DNA of 64,000 bases from Fervidicoccaceae archaeon (GCA_038734945.1 JAVYOA010000002.1:248001-312000); one strand, 5' to 3'; positions 30,040 through 39,787 are shown, counted from the first letter of the stretch. Translations and numbers: made by a program. Notes: generated by a model not told the origin, from the sequence alone.

Positions 30040-30180
30040 TCATGAGGATTTCTTGGTCTGACCTCCTCCTTTCTTCGCACCTTTCTTTGCCTTTTCCTCT
30101 GCACTGGTCTCGGACTTTTGTGCCCTCTCTCCTGCGCTGGAAACTCCCATGAACAGAGTTGTTCTCTGCCTTCCTCCCAT
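30040..30180 (-). CDS. Small basic protein (46 aa), function unknown
   Basis: MGGRQRTTLFMG...KAKKGAKKGGGQTKKSS; GAGGT RBS and TATA-like TTTAAAT upstream. Confidence 0.55.
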   Translation of the reverse strand: MGGRQRTTLFMGVSSAGERAQKSETSAEEKAKKGAKKGGGQTKKSS

Positions 30181-30229
30181 CTCAAACAACCTCAATACTG
30201 TTTTTAACTTCAGAGTTAATTTAAATTTT

Positions 30230-30305
30230 GGGGGCGATGAGCTATTTGCCGAGTGCCAACAGAGGGATGACGAGAGAAGCTGAGCGATGCCCCCTTTACT
30301 GAACC
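30230..30305 (+). ncRNA. Atypical box C/D / K-turn-containing small RNA
   Basis: GCGAUGA, AUGACGA and two CUGA boxes; GGGGGC/GCCCCC stem; TATA TTTTTAA about 25 nt upstream. Confidence 0.6.
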
Positions 30306-30360
30306 AAATCATGCAGTTTTATATAACAATGAGATAATTGAAAATAAGCGGTGCATATTC

Positions 30361-31086
30361 ATGAGCTCAGAGCATCATAGAAGAATTTCTCCACTAGCTA
30401 AAATTGGAGCTGGAGCTATCATAAAGGAAAATGCAGTAATAATTGGAAAATCAACAATTGGGGCGAGAAGCTATGTAGATTCCGATGTGATTGTAGGATA
30501 CCCAGTAAGAAGGAGAATAAAGGACATGCAGGCAGGCAATATTTTCGATTTTGAGACGGATGGAAGCTATGTAGGAGAAGAATGCTTAATCAGAAGCTTC
30601 TCTGTTATCTATGAAAGAGTTAAGATTGGCAACAGAGTTGAGACAGGACACAGAGTTTTGATAAGAGAAGACACAGAGATAGGTGATAATAGCATAGTAG
30701 GAACTGACACGGTCATCGATGGTAGAGTTAAAATTGGAGAAAGGGCAAGAATTGAAACAGGCGTTTATATTCCTCCTCTGACAATCATAGGAAGAAACGT
30801 CTTTCTTGGGCCAAGAGTTGTATTTACGAATGACAAATATCCTGTAAGTACAAAATGGATAGGGGTTGTGGTTGAAGACGATGTTGCTATAGGAGCTAAC
30901 TCCACAATCATAGCAGGTGTTAGGATAGGAAGAGGATCTGTTGTTGCATCAGGAGCAGTTGTGACCAAGGATGTTCCTCCCAACGTCGTTGTTGCCGGTA
31001 TTCCAGCAAGGATTATTTCCAGTAGAGATGAGTACGAGAGGAAGAAGAAGGAATATGAGAGCTCACCAATCGGGATGAAAATATAG
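30361..31086 (+). CDS. Hexapeptide-repeat acyltransferase
   Basis: Repeated IGxxxx hexapeptides, GPRVVFTND, GAVVTKDVP..VVAGIPAR. Confidence 0.9.
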   Translation: MSSEHHRRISPLAKIGAGAIIKENAVIIGKSTIGARSYVDSDVIVGYPVRRRIKDMQAGNIFDFETDGSYVGEECLIRSFSVIYERVKIGNRVETGHRVLIREDTEIGDNSIVGTDTVIDGRVKIGERARIETGVYIPPLTIIGRNVFLGPRVVFTNDKYPVSTKWIGVVVEDDVAIGANSTIIAGVRIGRGSVVASGAVVTKDVPPNVVVAGIPARIISSRDEYERKKKEYESSPIGMKI

Positions 31087-31101
31087 GAAAATCATGCTAG
31101 T

Positions 31102-33906
31102 CTATTGGTCCCAATACTTCCTGTTTTTAATATAGTTCTTTTCCTCATCATAGAGGGCTTCAATGAAATTCTTCCATCCGAGCTTGAGTTTTGAGAGGGC
31201 TCTCGATGCTGACCTAGGGCCAACTCCGTATGGAGCAAGTGCAATCACCGCATTTTTCCCATAATTTATTACAAGCTTTGCTCTCTTTACAGCTTCATCG
31301 AAATATTCCTTTTTCTTTCCATCGAGTTTTTTCTTGTTCAATCCTTCCCTCACTGCAGTCAGAAATTCCAAGTTTCCTGGAGGAATTGGTACTACTGCCC
31401 TGGAGCGGCACTTTCCACACTCTATTATCATGGGTAGATCCTTTATCTTGGACCTCCATTCATATCCGCAGCTGAGGCACTTCATTATTACCTCCTTCTC
31501 CATTATCCTCATCTCCAGAGTCTTCAAAGCAAGCTCTCTCGGTATCCCTTCTGCTGCATAGGAAATTGGATTTTCTCCTCTTATACTATGAAGCGTATAG
31601 GGGCTAAGTCCTCTTACAGGCTGCTTGATTATCTTTATCCATCCCTCTCTTATCCCTCTGAGAAGCTTGAGAACGACTTCCATATCTGTTTTTTCGAACA
31701 TTATCTCTCTCAGAGCCTCCTCTCCCACAACAGTATCTTTGTAATATCTCAGAATCTTCTTTGAGTCCTTAATGCTATAGTTTTCCCCAAGCGCACCCAT
31801 TTTTCTAGCAACGAGAATCATCCTATATCGGAATGCATTGGATTCCTTTATGGCACTCCTCAGCATCTCATCAAGCTCATATTCTTTCTGGGAAGCAAGG
31901 CCATATATGCTATCCTCGAGATTCTCGGTCCTCAATAATGAAGATTTCTCTATGAATAGCTTATAAGGATCGCTCTTTATAGATACCCCTCCTCCCATTC
32001 GTGATAAAATATACTTTCCGAGAATTAGTGCTAGTGTGAAGTTTCCCTTAGTGCCCAGAGGAACATGGATTACTGTCAAAGATTCATCTTCCCCTTTTTC
32101 CACAACGAGATGATCAGGATGAGGTAGGATAAAGCCTCTTTTTTGCTGCTCTCCACAAACGCGCATGATGTTTTCGTATACCGTAGAGGTTAGAGATCTG
32201 TACTCTGCTCTAATTTTTTCGAAAGGTTCCCCATAGCATATCCTTCTTAGAAGGGAAATAGCTTCACGTGCCACATTCCTTGATACAGGAATTAGATCTC
32301 CCGTCCATGAGGGGGGCAATCCCTTATGCTCTTCCACTTCCTCCACAATAATTCTATCATCTTCGATGCTGAGAACCTTCCATTCTCTTCCTCTGAGTAT
32401 GAAAGTTCTATCGTTCTCGAGCTCAGAGAAAACAAACTCAGCATCGAGAGAACCAACAAGCTCGTTATTTACTGTCATTACAGGTACCTTTCTCGTATCT
32501 GCTATCATGTTAGTTGAGTAGTAATACTCCCTTGACCTATAGCCTGGAAGGATTTCTCCATTCTCACTTATTTTCAACAAACCTATGTTCGAGGCAAAAT
32601 TCAAAATTTCATTGAGCTTTTCTCCAGAAAGATCTTTGAAAGGATATGCCTTTCTCAGCACTTCCAGAATCTCCTCCTCTCTCCTAGCATCACCAGCCAG
32701 GACCATACCAACTGCCTGATGAAGTGCAACATCTAGGGGCTCCCATACTATATTCAGATCCTCGTACTTTCCTTCAAATGCCCTTCTAGCTATAACAACG
32801 GATTCAAGCATATCTGTTATATCATGAATAGAGAATATAGTTCCTCTAGATATCGATCCCAGTCTGTGCCCGCTCCTTCCAATTCTCTGTATCAAGCGAA
32901 GAACCTGGCGAGGTGAATTAAATTGAATTATTTGGTCAACTGCCCCTATATCAATTCCCAGCTCTAGGCTGGATGTAGCTATTATGCCCTTCAGCGATCC
33001 TTCCTTCAGCTTCTTTTCAGCTTCAGTACGAACGCTAGCTGATAGGCTTCCATGATGAACTTCCACATCCTTGTAGCCCAGCTCCCTGAATTTGTAGGAT
33101 AGAAATTCGGCTGTATCCCTAGTGTTTGTGAATAATATTGTGCTTTTTTTCTGCTCCATTATTTTTCTAAGCTCCTTAATCACTTTGTAGTTGATGTCTT
33201 CACTCTCATTTTCTTCAAAGGGGATGGAGCGTACATCGATTATCATTTTCTTCATTTCGTTCTCCTTTATCTCTGCACATTCTGAACAAGAAAGGAGCTT
33301 TTTCACTGTATTGAACTTTGATATAGTTGCAGAAATAGCAACGAGCTGAAAAGAGCCAATTTTTTTCCTCAGTCTCTCGAGAACTACCGAAAGCATTGCT
33401 CCCCTTTCATTCTCAATCAGTTCATGGACCTCGTCTATGACTACCCATCTTATATCGGAAATGATGTTTTTGAAGGCTCTGTGAGTTACTATAATGGAAA
33501 AGCTCTCTGGAGTTGTTATGAACCAGTGATGCTTCCCTTCAGTGAATTCCCTCCTCTCCTTCCTCGATGAATCCCCGTGCCTGACAATGCTTCTCAGACC
33601 CATTTCATTTGATATCTCCCTCATTCTAACATAGATATCTCTATTCAGGGCCCTCATTGGCGTTATATAGACCATCAATGGATTCCCTTTCCAGCTGTTC
33701 TGTTCAACCATCATAGAGAATATTGGGAAAAGCGCTGCTTCGGTTTTTCCGCTACCAGTTGGAGCTGATATTATTACGCTCTTTCCCATGAGTATCAGTG
33801 GTATTGACTTCTCCTGAATCGGAGTTGGTTTAATGTATCCGTATTTTTCGAGAACTGCCTGTAGTTTTGGATGCAGGTCTCTGAAGACTTCCGAGCTCTT
33901 AAGCAC
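31102..33906 (-). CDS. Lhr-family DEAD/DEAH helicase
   Basis: APTGSGKT, DEVH, SAT, HHGSLS, SSLELGIDIG, QRIGRSGH, C-terminal CxxC...CxxC; GTG start inferred. Confidence 0.93.
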   Translation of the reverse strand: MLKSSEVFRDLHPKLQAVLEKYGYIKPTPIQEKSIPLILMGKSVIISAPTGSGKTEAALFPIFSMMVEQNSWKGNPLMVYITPMRALNRDIYVRMREISNEMGLRSIVRHGDSSRKERREFTEGKHHWFITTPESFSIIVTHRAFKNIISDIRWVVIDEVHELIENERGAMLSVVLERLRKKIGSFQLVAISATISKFNTVKKLLSCSECAEIKENEMKKMIIDVRSIPFEENESEDINYKVIKELRKIMEQKKSTILFTNTRDTAEFLSYKFRELGYKDVEVHHGSLSASVRTEAEKKLKEGSLKGIIATSSLELGIDIGAVDQIIQFNSPRQVLRLIQRIGRSGHRLGSISRGTIFSIHDITDMLESVVIARRAFEGKYEDLNIVWEPLDVALHQAVGMVLAGDARREEEILEVLRKAYPFKDLSGEKLNEILNFASNIGLLKISENGEILPGYRSREYYYSTNMIADTRKVPVMTVNNELVGSLDAEFVFSELENDRTFILRGREWKVLSIEDDRIIVEEVEEHKGLPPSWTGDLIPVSRNVAREAISLLRRICYGEPFEKIRAEYRSLTSTVYENIMRVCGEQQKRGFILPHPDHLVVEKGEDESLTVIHVPLGTKGNFTLALILGKYILSRMGGGVSIKSDPYKLFIEKSSLLRTENLEDSIYGLASQKEYELDEMLRSAIKESNAFRYRMILVARKMGALGENYSIKDSKKILRYYKDTVVGEEALREIMFEKTDMEVVLKLLRGIREGWIKIIKQPVRGLSPYTLHSIRGENPISYAAEGIPRELALKTLEMRIMEKEVIMKCLSCGYEWRSKIKDLPMIIECGKCRSRAVVPIPPGNLEFLTAVREGLNKKKLDGKKKEYFDEAVKRAKLVINYGKNAVIALAPYGVGPRSASRALSKLKLGWKNFIEALYDEEKNYIKNRKYWDQ

Positions 33907-34021
33907 CTTTCCGAACCTCTGAATTTTTGGAATTTTTTCGAAGCAATAGCAGCATCGAATTTTTATTTTCATTTTTCAGAATATTAATCTGAGTCCATTG
34001 TAAAAACAAGCACATTTTCAG

Positions 34022-34945
34022 GTGAGAAAAATGAAAGTTCTAATAGCTGGAGGTGCTGGCTTTCTTGGATATGAAGCAGCAAAGCACTTCGCGAAAAAGG
34101 GGCATAAAGTAATATTGTTAGATCCAGCAGCAAATCAGAATCAAATTTTGAGCGAAAATGTTGAGATAATTTCCGATTCTATAAAAAACATAGAGAATTT
34201 TGGAAATTCTATTGGAAAGACTGACCTAATAATTCACTCAGCCTGGGATTTTACCGAAGATGTTAAAAGAAGCATCAACGAGAATCTTCTAGGAACTCTG
34301 TCACTAGCGGAGTTCGCTCTGAGCTCTGGCTCCCGAAGGTTTGTTTTCTACAGCAGCTCAGTTATCTATGGAAAGCCTGTTTCCATTCCTATTGCTGAGG
34401 AGCATCCTTTGAATGTGGAGGAATCAAGGGCCCCTCTCCATGCACTATTGAAGCTATATACGGAGAAGCTTCTCTTGCATTACCACGCTTATAAGCATCT
34501 TCCTTTGACCATCTTCAGGATTTGGTGGAGCTTCAATGATGAGAGAGCTCCTGGAAAAACATACAGAGAAATTTTGGCAAAAATCAAGAAAGGAGAAAGG
34601 ATCGAGGTCCCTGCCGGAGCAGGGGGAAGCATAGTCTATGCTCCCGATCTTTCTCTGGCAGCAGAAAAGGCACTAGAAACAGAAGAAGCGAATGGAAAGA
34701 TATTCAATGCTGTGAGCTTCTTTTTTGAATGGAGTGAAGTGCTAAGGAAAATAGCAGAGAGAGTGGGCTCTAGGTCAGAAATTGTTGAAACTAGAGGCGA
34801 ATGGAATGGACCAGGATTTCTAGAAGGAAGATGGCAGCTCGATGACTCAAAGATGAGAAGAATTCTTAACATAAATGTAGATGCAAATGAGAGGGAAAAG
34901 AAGTTCATCGAAGTCTCCCTAAAGATGCTGGAAAAGCTTCCATAG
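34022..34945 (+). CDS. Extended SDR, NAD-dependent epimerase/dehydratase family (HxxxK variant)
   Basis: GGAGFLG, SSSVIYG, PLHALLK. Confidence 0.85.
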   Translation: MRKMKVLIAGGAGFLGYEAAKHFAKKGHKVILLDPAANQNQILSENVEIISDSIKNIENFGNSIGKTDLIIHSAWDFTEDVKRSINENLLGTLSLAEFALSSGSRRFVFYSSSVIYGKPVSIPIAEEHPLNVEESRAPLHALLKLYTEKLLLHYHAYKHLPLTIFRIWWSFNDERAPGKTYREILAKIKKGERIEVPAGAGGSIVYAPDLSLAAEKALETEEANGKIFNAVSFFFEWSEVLRKIAERVGSRSEIVETRGEWNGPGFLEGRWQLDDSKMRRILNINVDANEREKKFIEVSLKMLEKLP

Positions 34946-35044
34946 TCCTGACTTTACTCATCTGAAAGCTCATTTCTAAGAACTATGTTTTTTTTCCCTG
35001 TCCTAAAAAAGTGAAAATCCTTCAGAAGAGGGAGTTAAAAAAAA

Positions 35045-36334
35045 TTATTTTTGTGCGGGCTGTGTTGGCTGGGCAGGAGGAGTAGGAATAGCTGCTGCTT
35101 TTTTCTTCGGCTTCTTTAGAATCCATGGATTAACGAGTACTGCTGCTATCAAAGCTCCAATGCCAAGGCCAATTATAGAGTATGTGTATGTTCCAAAGGT
35201 AACAAGCAGCCATGCTGTTATGTATCCTGAAATAAGCCCTCCCCAGCTCTTTGCTGTGTAAGTTATACCATAGTTGGTGGTAGCATATCTTGGACCGTAG
35301 AAGTCCCCTATAAATGCTGGATTGAAAGCGAAGACTGCCCCTGCAAATAGCATTGCGAGAACTACGAAGGCAGCAAACCCGGTTGGATTGGTGGCCGTTA
35401 GACCAAGAGCTATCATGAAAACTCCAGCTAGAGCATAGAATAGAGTTGCAGTGAGTTGCCTCCCAATATAATCGGAGATCCATCCTCCAAGTATTCTGCT
35501 AAATCCATTTGCCAGAGGATATGCTACCAAGACAAAGTTCAATATTGTTGCGGGAATCTTGTTCTCCTTAGCCATAGGTTTCACTTGCGCACCAAACAGT
35601 AGAGCGATTGCTGCTACTATTGTGAAAGAAATGTAGATCAGCCACCACTGTGGGGTCTTTAGCATTTCATACCATTTCCAGTTCACTGTATCCTCCTTCT
35701 TCTCCTCTTTCTTTTCTTCCTTCTTTTCCTCCGTCTTTTGCTGCTTCTGCTGTTGCTGCTGTACGAACTCAGGGTACTTGTAGAAGAATGTAAAAGGCAA
35801 TATGAATATCAACATCAGAATTCCAACATATAGAAAGGCGGTTTTTGTTCCATAGTTAGTAATCCATGCCTGGAAGGGTAAGTTGAATATTGCTGTTCCA
35901 GCACCGAAGCCGAAGGTTACAATTCCAGTTGCCAGTCCTCTTCTGTCAGGGAACCACTTCACTGCTGTTGCTGCTGACATCCCATAGAGCATGCCTACCC
36001 CAATTGAGCCAATTGTGTAGTAAATATACAGCTGAATGGGAGAGGTTATTGTAGAGCATAGGAGAAAGCCCAGGGAAACAAGCAGTCCAGCCAATATTGC
36101 TATATTTCTTGGGCCAATCTTATCAGCAAAATAACCAGAGAAGGGCTGGACAAATGTAGCAGCATAAGTATAAAGTGTGAAGGCAACTTGAATTGTGGTC
36201 ATCGACCACTTCAGATCCGTGTTCAGACCGGAGGCAAAGAGCGACCAGGAATATTGATATATGCTAATGAACATCATCACTATTACTGCTCCAACCAACA
36301 CAACCCATCTTTGCTTATACTTGGTTACATCCAA
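35045..36334 (-). CDS. OFA-family MFS transporter (OxlT-like oxalate transporter)
   Basis: QYSW, KWFPDRRGLATG, NGFSR, TAK motifs; 12 TM. Confidence 0.88.
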   Translation of the reverse strand: MDVTKYKQRWVVLVGAVIVMMFISIYQYSWSLFASGLNTDLKWSMTTIQVAFTLYTYAATFVQPFSGYFADKIGPRNIAILAGLLVSLGFLLCSTITSPIQLYIYYTIGSIGVGMLYGMSAATAVKWFPDRRGLATGIVTFGFGAGTAIFNLPFQAWITNYGTKTAFLYVGILMLIFILPFTFFYKYPEFVQQQQQKQQKTEEKKEEKKEEKKEDTVNWKWYEMLKTPQWWLIYISFTIVAAIALLFGAQVKPMAKENKIPATILNFVLVAYPLANGFSRILGGWISDYIGRQLTATLFYALAGVFMIALGLTATNPTGFAAFVVLAMLFAGAVFAFNPAFIGDFYGPRYATTNYGITYTAKSWGGLISGYITAWLLVTFGTYTYSIIGLGIGALIAAVLVNPWILKKPKKKAAAIPTPPAQPTQPAQK

Positions 36335-36412
36335 AGAAAATCACCCATGAAATTTTTGTTAGTTATATTCTCTATTAAAAAATTTCTATTATAATGGAGT
36401 GGGAAAAAAATA

Positions 36413-37372
36413 TTAATATGGTACAACTAATCGTCCCACCTTAGCGGATTCTTCCCAGAATACCCATTCCTCCTCTATCATCTTGTCCAGCTTATCCATA
36501 TCCTCTTCCTTCAGATGGCTGAATCTTCCCTGCAGAGTGAGATATTCCCTCACGTGCTTCCTCGGCTTTGGTCTATAGTTCAGCTTGAAGTGACCCTCGA
36601 TCTGCTCCCACAGAGCCCACATTCCCGTCTCAATTGCCAGCCTCGATAGATTCACGGTATCAGCAGGGGATGAGAACCATCCCTTGGGGCATGGCAACAA
36701 CACATGTATCAACGAGGGACCTCCTGAGTTCAATGCCCTTTGAACTTTGTTCATTAGATCAAGGGGGGGCCACAGCGTTGCCGTAGCTACATACTTCACC
36801 TTTGGATGTGCTGCTGCTACGAGAGCCATGTTCTTCTTAAGCCTTGTATTGCCGATAGGCTTGACTTTTCCTGCTGGTGTGAATGTTGTTGTTGCTCCCC
36901 ATGGAGTTGTGCTCGATGCCTGTACTCCTGTGTTCATATATGCCTCATTGTCATATACTACATATAGCAGTCTCTGATAGTCGTATGACAGACCCATTGA
37001 TAGACCAGAGAAGCCTATGTCTGCCATAGCACCGTCTCCACCCATTACAACAACGTTTATGTCCTCAAGCTTTCTCTTTCCCTTCAGCATCAGAGTTCTG
37101 AGAGCTGATGCTACTCCTATTGCTGCTGCTCCTCCTCCTCCAAGCTGCGTGTGATGCCATGGAACCGAGTATGGTGAAGTAAGGAATTGGTGGGCATTGG
37201 CTACATACATGCATCCTGTTGGTCCAATAAATATGGTATTAGGTCCTGCTGCTTTCGATATCAATCTGTATCCTAGAGCTGGCCCACACCCTGCACAGGT
37301 TCTTCTCCCTGCTGTGTAATAGTCCACTCCAGGAATTTCCTTCACACTTCTGAATGCGACCTGGCTGCTCAT
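36413..37372 (-). CDS. Oxalate-oxidoreductase-type 2-oxoacid:ferredoxin oxidoreductase, beta (TPP/[4Fe-4S]) subunit
   Basis: TCAGCGPAL, GPTGCMYVAN, GDG...DNEAYMNTG, PCPKGW. Confidence 0.9.
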   Translation of the reverse strand: MSSQVAFRSVKEIPGVDYYTAGRRTCAGCGPALGYRLISKAAGPNTIFIGPTGCMYVANAHQFLTSPYSVPWHHTQLGGGGAAAIGVASALRTLMLKGKRKLEDINVVVMGGDGAMADIGFSGLSMGLSYDYQRLLYVVYDNEAYMNTGVQASSTTPWGATTTFTPAGKVKPIGNTRLKKNMALVAAAHPKVKYVATATLWPPLDLMNKVQRALNSGGPSLIHVLLPCPKGWFSSPADTVNLSRLAIETGMWALWEQIEGHFKLNYRPKPRKHVREYLTLQGRFSHLKEEDMDKLDKMIEEEWVFWEESAKVGRLVVPY

Positions 37373-38604
37373 ATATCTTCACCCCTTAGAGTGAGCCAAT
37401 ATGCTTTCTTCTGAGGTTTCTTGTGAGCAGATTCCATCACCTTCTCAGCTACTTGAGTGAAGTGCTCCACAGTTGGTTCCCTCCCTCCGAGGAATAGGAA
37501 GTCAAGGAGCTCAGGTTTTGATCCTGCTTCGTACAATGTAGTTGCAACTTCATGATAGAGGGATCCTGTACCGAATGGTGAGCCAAACGAGTAGCCGAAC
37601 TCGATCACTCCTGCAGCTTTCACACCATCGAGGACCTTCAGCAGCTCCTCAGCTGGGAATGGTCTTACATATCTTAGCCTGACAGTTCCAATCTTCATTC
37701 CCTTCTTTCTCAGCCTATCAGCAACTAGCTCTATGTCCTTCATATACGCTCCCATGCTTACCAAAGCGAATTCAGCATCCTCCATTCCAGTCGTCTCAAT
37801 GAATGGTGGATATTCTCTACCAGTGTATTTAGCGAAGTCCTTCCAGGCCTCCACGATTACCTGCTTTGCTCTCTTAGTAGCAACATCCACTGCTTTTCTC
37901 TGCTCTGGTCCAATTAGAGATGGTGCTATATGCTGAGCCTTGGTTATTGGTCCCTCTGCTGGATCTAGCTTGTACGGAGGTCTGTAAGGTGGCAAGAAGT
38001 TCGTGGCCTGCTCCTTTGTAACTGGAACTACTGGTGTAGCAACATGAGTTATAGCTGCTCCATCTAGGGCAATGAAGTGAGGCAGCAGCACTCTTCTGTC
38101 CTCAGCAACCCTGTATGCGACCAAGGTCATATCCGAGGCTTCCTGCACAGTCTTTGCCCAGGATATTAGCCATCCGAAGTCTCTGAACATCAGAGCATCA
38201 GACCACTCCATTCCGAAGTTACCTGGATCGTCAAGTGCTCTTGTTCCTATAGCAGCCACCACAGGAAGTTGACTGAGTGCCGTGACAATTATAGCTTCAG
38301 CAGCAAATGCCAGTCCTACTCCGCTACTTCCAGCGAAGACCCTGGCACCAACTGCTGATGCATGCTTCACTATCTCGAACTGGCTGTGCTCTGAATCAGC
38401 AACTATGATATCAGCAGTGAACTCTCCGTTTGCAATCATAGATGCTAGTGCATTCATTATTCCCGTATAAGGCCTGATCGGATAGGCTGCTATTACATCG
38501 ACATCAGCAATTTTCACTGCCTCTGCTATTGCTCTGGCTCCATTCCATACCTTTGCTTTCGGTTTTTCAATTGTAATTGGGGGCATAGGTTTAATTGCGG
38601 ACAT
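37369..38604 (-). CDS. Oxalate-oxidoreductase-type 2-oxoacid:ferredoxin oxidoreductase, alpha subunit
   Basis: YPIRPYTGIM (Arg in place of the YPITP Thr), SEH, GSSGVG, RALDDPGNF. Confidence 0.88.
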   Translation of the reverse strand: MSAIKPMPPITIEKPKAKVWNGARAIAEAVKIADVDVIAAYPIRPYTGIMNALASMIANGEFTADIIVADSEHSQFEIVKHASAVGARVFAGSSGVGLAFAAEAIIVTALSQLPVVAAIGTRALDDPGNFGMEWSDALMFRDFGWLISWAKTVQEASDMTLVAYRVAEDRRVLLPHFIALDGAAITHVATPVVPVTKEQATNFLPPYRPPYKLDPAEGPITKAQHIAPSLIGPEQRKAVDVATKRAKQVIVEAWKDFAKYTGREYPPFIETTGMEDAEFALVSMGAYMKDIELVADRLRKKGMKIGTVRLRYVRPFPAEELLKVLDGVKAAGVIEFGYSFGSPFGTGSLYHEVATTLYEAGSKPELLDFLFLGGREPTVEHFTQVAEKVMESAHKKPQKKAYWLTLRGEDI

Positions 38605-38614
38605 TCATATCACC

Positions 38615-39754
38615 TCAGAATCCATACTCCCTCTGTTCGAATCTTCTGAGGACCTCCTCATCCTTGAGGCCCTCGAGGTATTCTAGTTCGGACACCATCG
38701 TTATTGCTTTGACCGGGCACACTGTTGCGCAGGTTCCACATCCCTTGCAGTACTCATAGTCGACCTTGATGGGGGCAAAGTCTATTGCACCATCTGGGCA
38801 GTAGTAGTGGCATAGCTTGCAGTCAGTGCACTTGTTCATATCTATGATTGGCCTCTGCCATCTCCATGGTGTTGTGAAGCCTAAGTTCCTCTTTCCAGGT
38901 TGGGGACCAAACTCTATCAGTCCAGGAGCGAGAACTTCCCATCTCGGCATAGCAGCAAGCCTTGAAGGATATGTTTGAGCCTCAGCGGCAGCCTTCTGAT
39001 AAGCATAGTATACTTCTGGATTCCAGAACTCACCAGTGAACTCTGGGAGCTCGATTTCCCTCTTTATCTTCCTGGCCATCTCTGTTTCTTCAGCAAGAAC
39101 ATGAACCTCCTTGACAGAAGCAGCTTCATATCCCTTCCTTACCGATTCCTTCTTTTTCTCCTTTCCTAGAACATCAAGTGCGCTGAGCAAGGAATCGAGG
39201 TCCACCCTATCCCAGGCTCTTGCCAAGGCTCCAAGCATCGGATAGGCAATTGCTGAATCTATCTTGGCTGCGCTTATTGTTACAACTTTTCCGAACCAGT
39301 CCTGCGCCAAGTTGTACTTCTTCACCAATCTCACTACATCATCTGGAGATATTGATGTGTTCACAAGGAGAACTGCATCCTTCTTGGCTCCATCAAAAAG
39401 AAGGGCTCTCTGCGAAGTCTTTTGCAATAGCAGGCTGGAGCTGAATACTGCTATCACGTTAAAGAGCTCTCCAACTGGCTCAACCTCCTCGTGCAGAAGA
39501 ACAGGGACCTTTGGCTTTCCGAAAACTGTGTAGAATATCATTGGAATGTAGTTTCGCTCGGGGCTGTCGTCATACCTCATGTAGTAATACGTTTCTATTC
39601 CTTTCACCGATCCTGCTTGCGCTAGAGTCTGCGAGAAGGATGTCATGTCTGCTGTATGGTCCACGCCCAGTCCATGTGCTATTACCCAATCAAGCTCTTC
39701 GTATTCTGGATATCTTTCCACTTTTGGTGTAACCCTCACTAATTTTACTGGCAA
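38615..39754 (-). CDS. 2-oxoacid:ferredoxin oxidoreductase fused gamma/delta subunit (2x[4Fe-4S])
   Basis: YDDSPER gamma motif; WRWQRP, CTDCKLCHYYCP and CKGCGTCATVCP. Confidence 0.9.
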   Translation of the reverse strand: MPVKLVRVTPKVERYPEYEELDWVIAHGLGVDHTADMTSFSQTLAQAGSVKGIETYYYMRYDDSPERNYIPMIFYTVFGKPKVPVLLHEEVEPVGELFNVIAVFSSSLLLQKTSQRALLFDGAKKDAVLLVNTSISPDDVVRLVKKYNLAQDWFGKVVTISAAKIDSAIAYPMLGALARAWDRVDLDSLLSALDVLGKEKKKESVRKGYEAASVKEVHVLAEETEMARKIKREIELPEFTGEFWNPEVYYAYQKAAAEAQTYPSRLAAMPRWEVLAPGLIEFGPQPGKRNLGFTTPWRWQRPIIDMNKCTDCKLCHYYCPDGAIDFAPIKVDYEYCKGCGTCATVCPVKAITMVSELEYLEGLKDEEVLRRFEQREYGF

Positions 39755-39787
39755 ATTTTCACCTCGCTTTATTAGTGTAAATAATTT

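Noticed and set aside
30181..30312. N-terminal extension of the 90-aa minus-strand ORF
   Set aside because: Runs through promoter elements and antisense to the sRNA candidate; the RBS supports ATG 30180
35690..35762. Q-rich and EEKK x3 repeat in the transporter
   Set aside because: Imperfect at nucleotide level; ordinary low-complexity central loop
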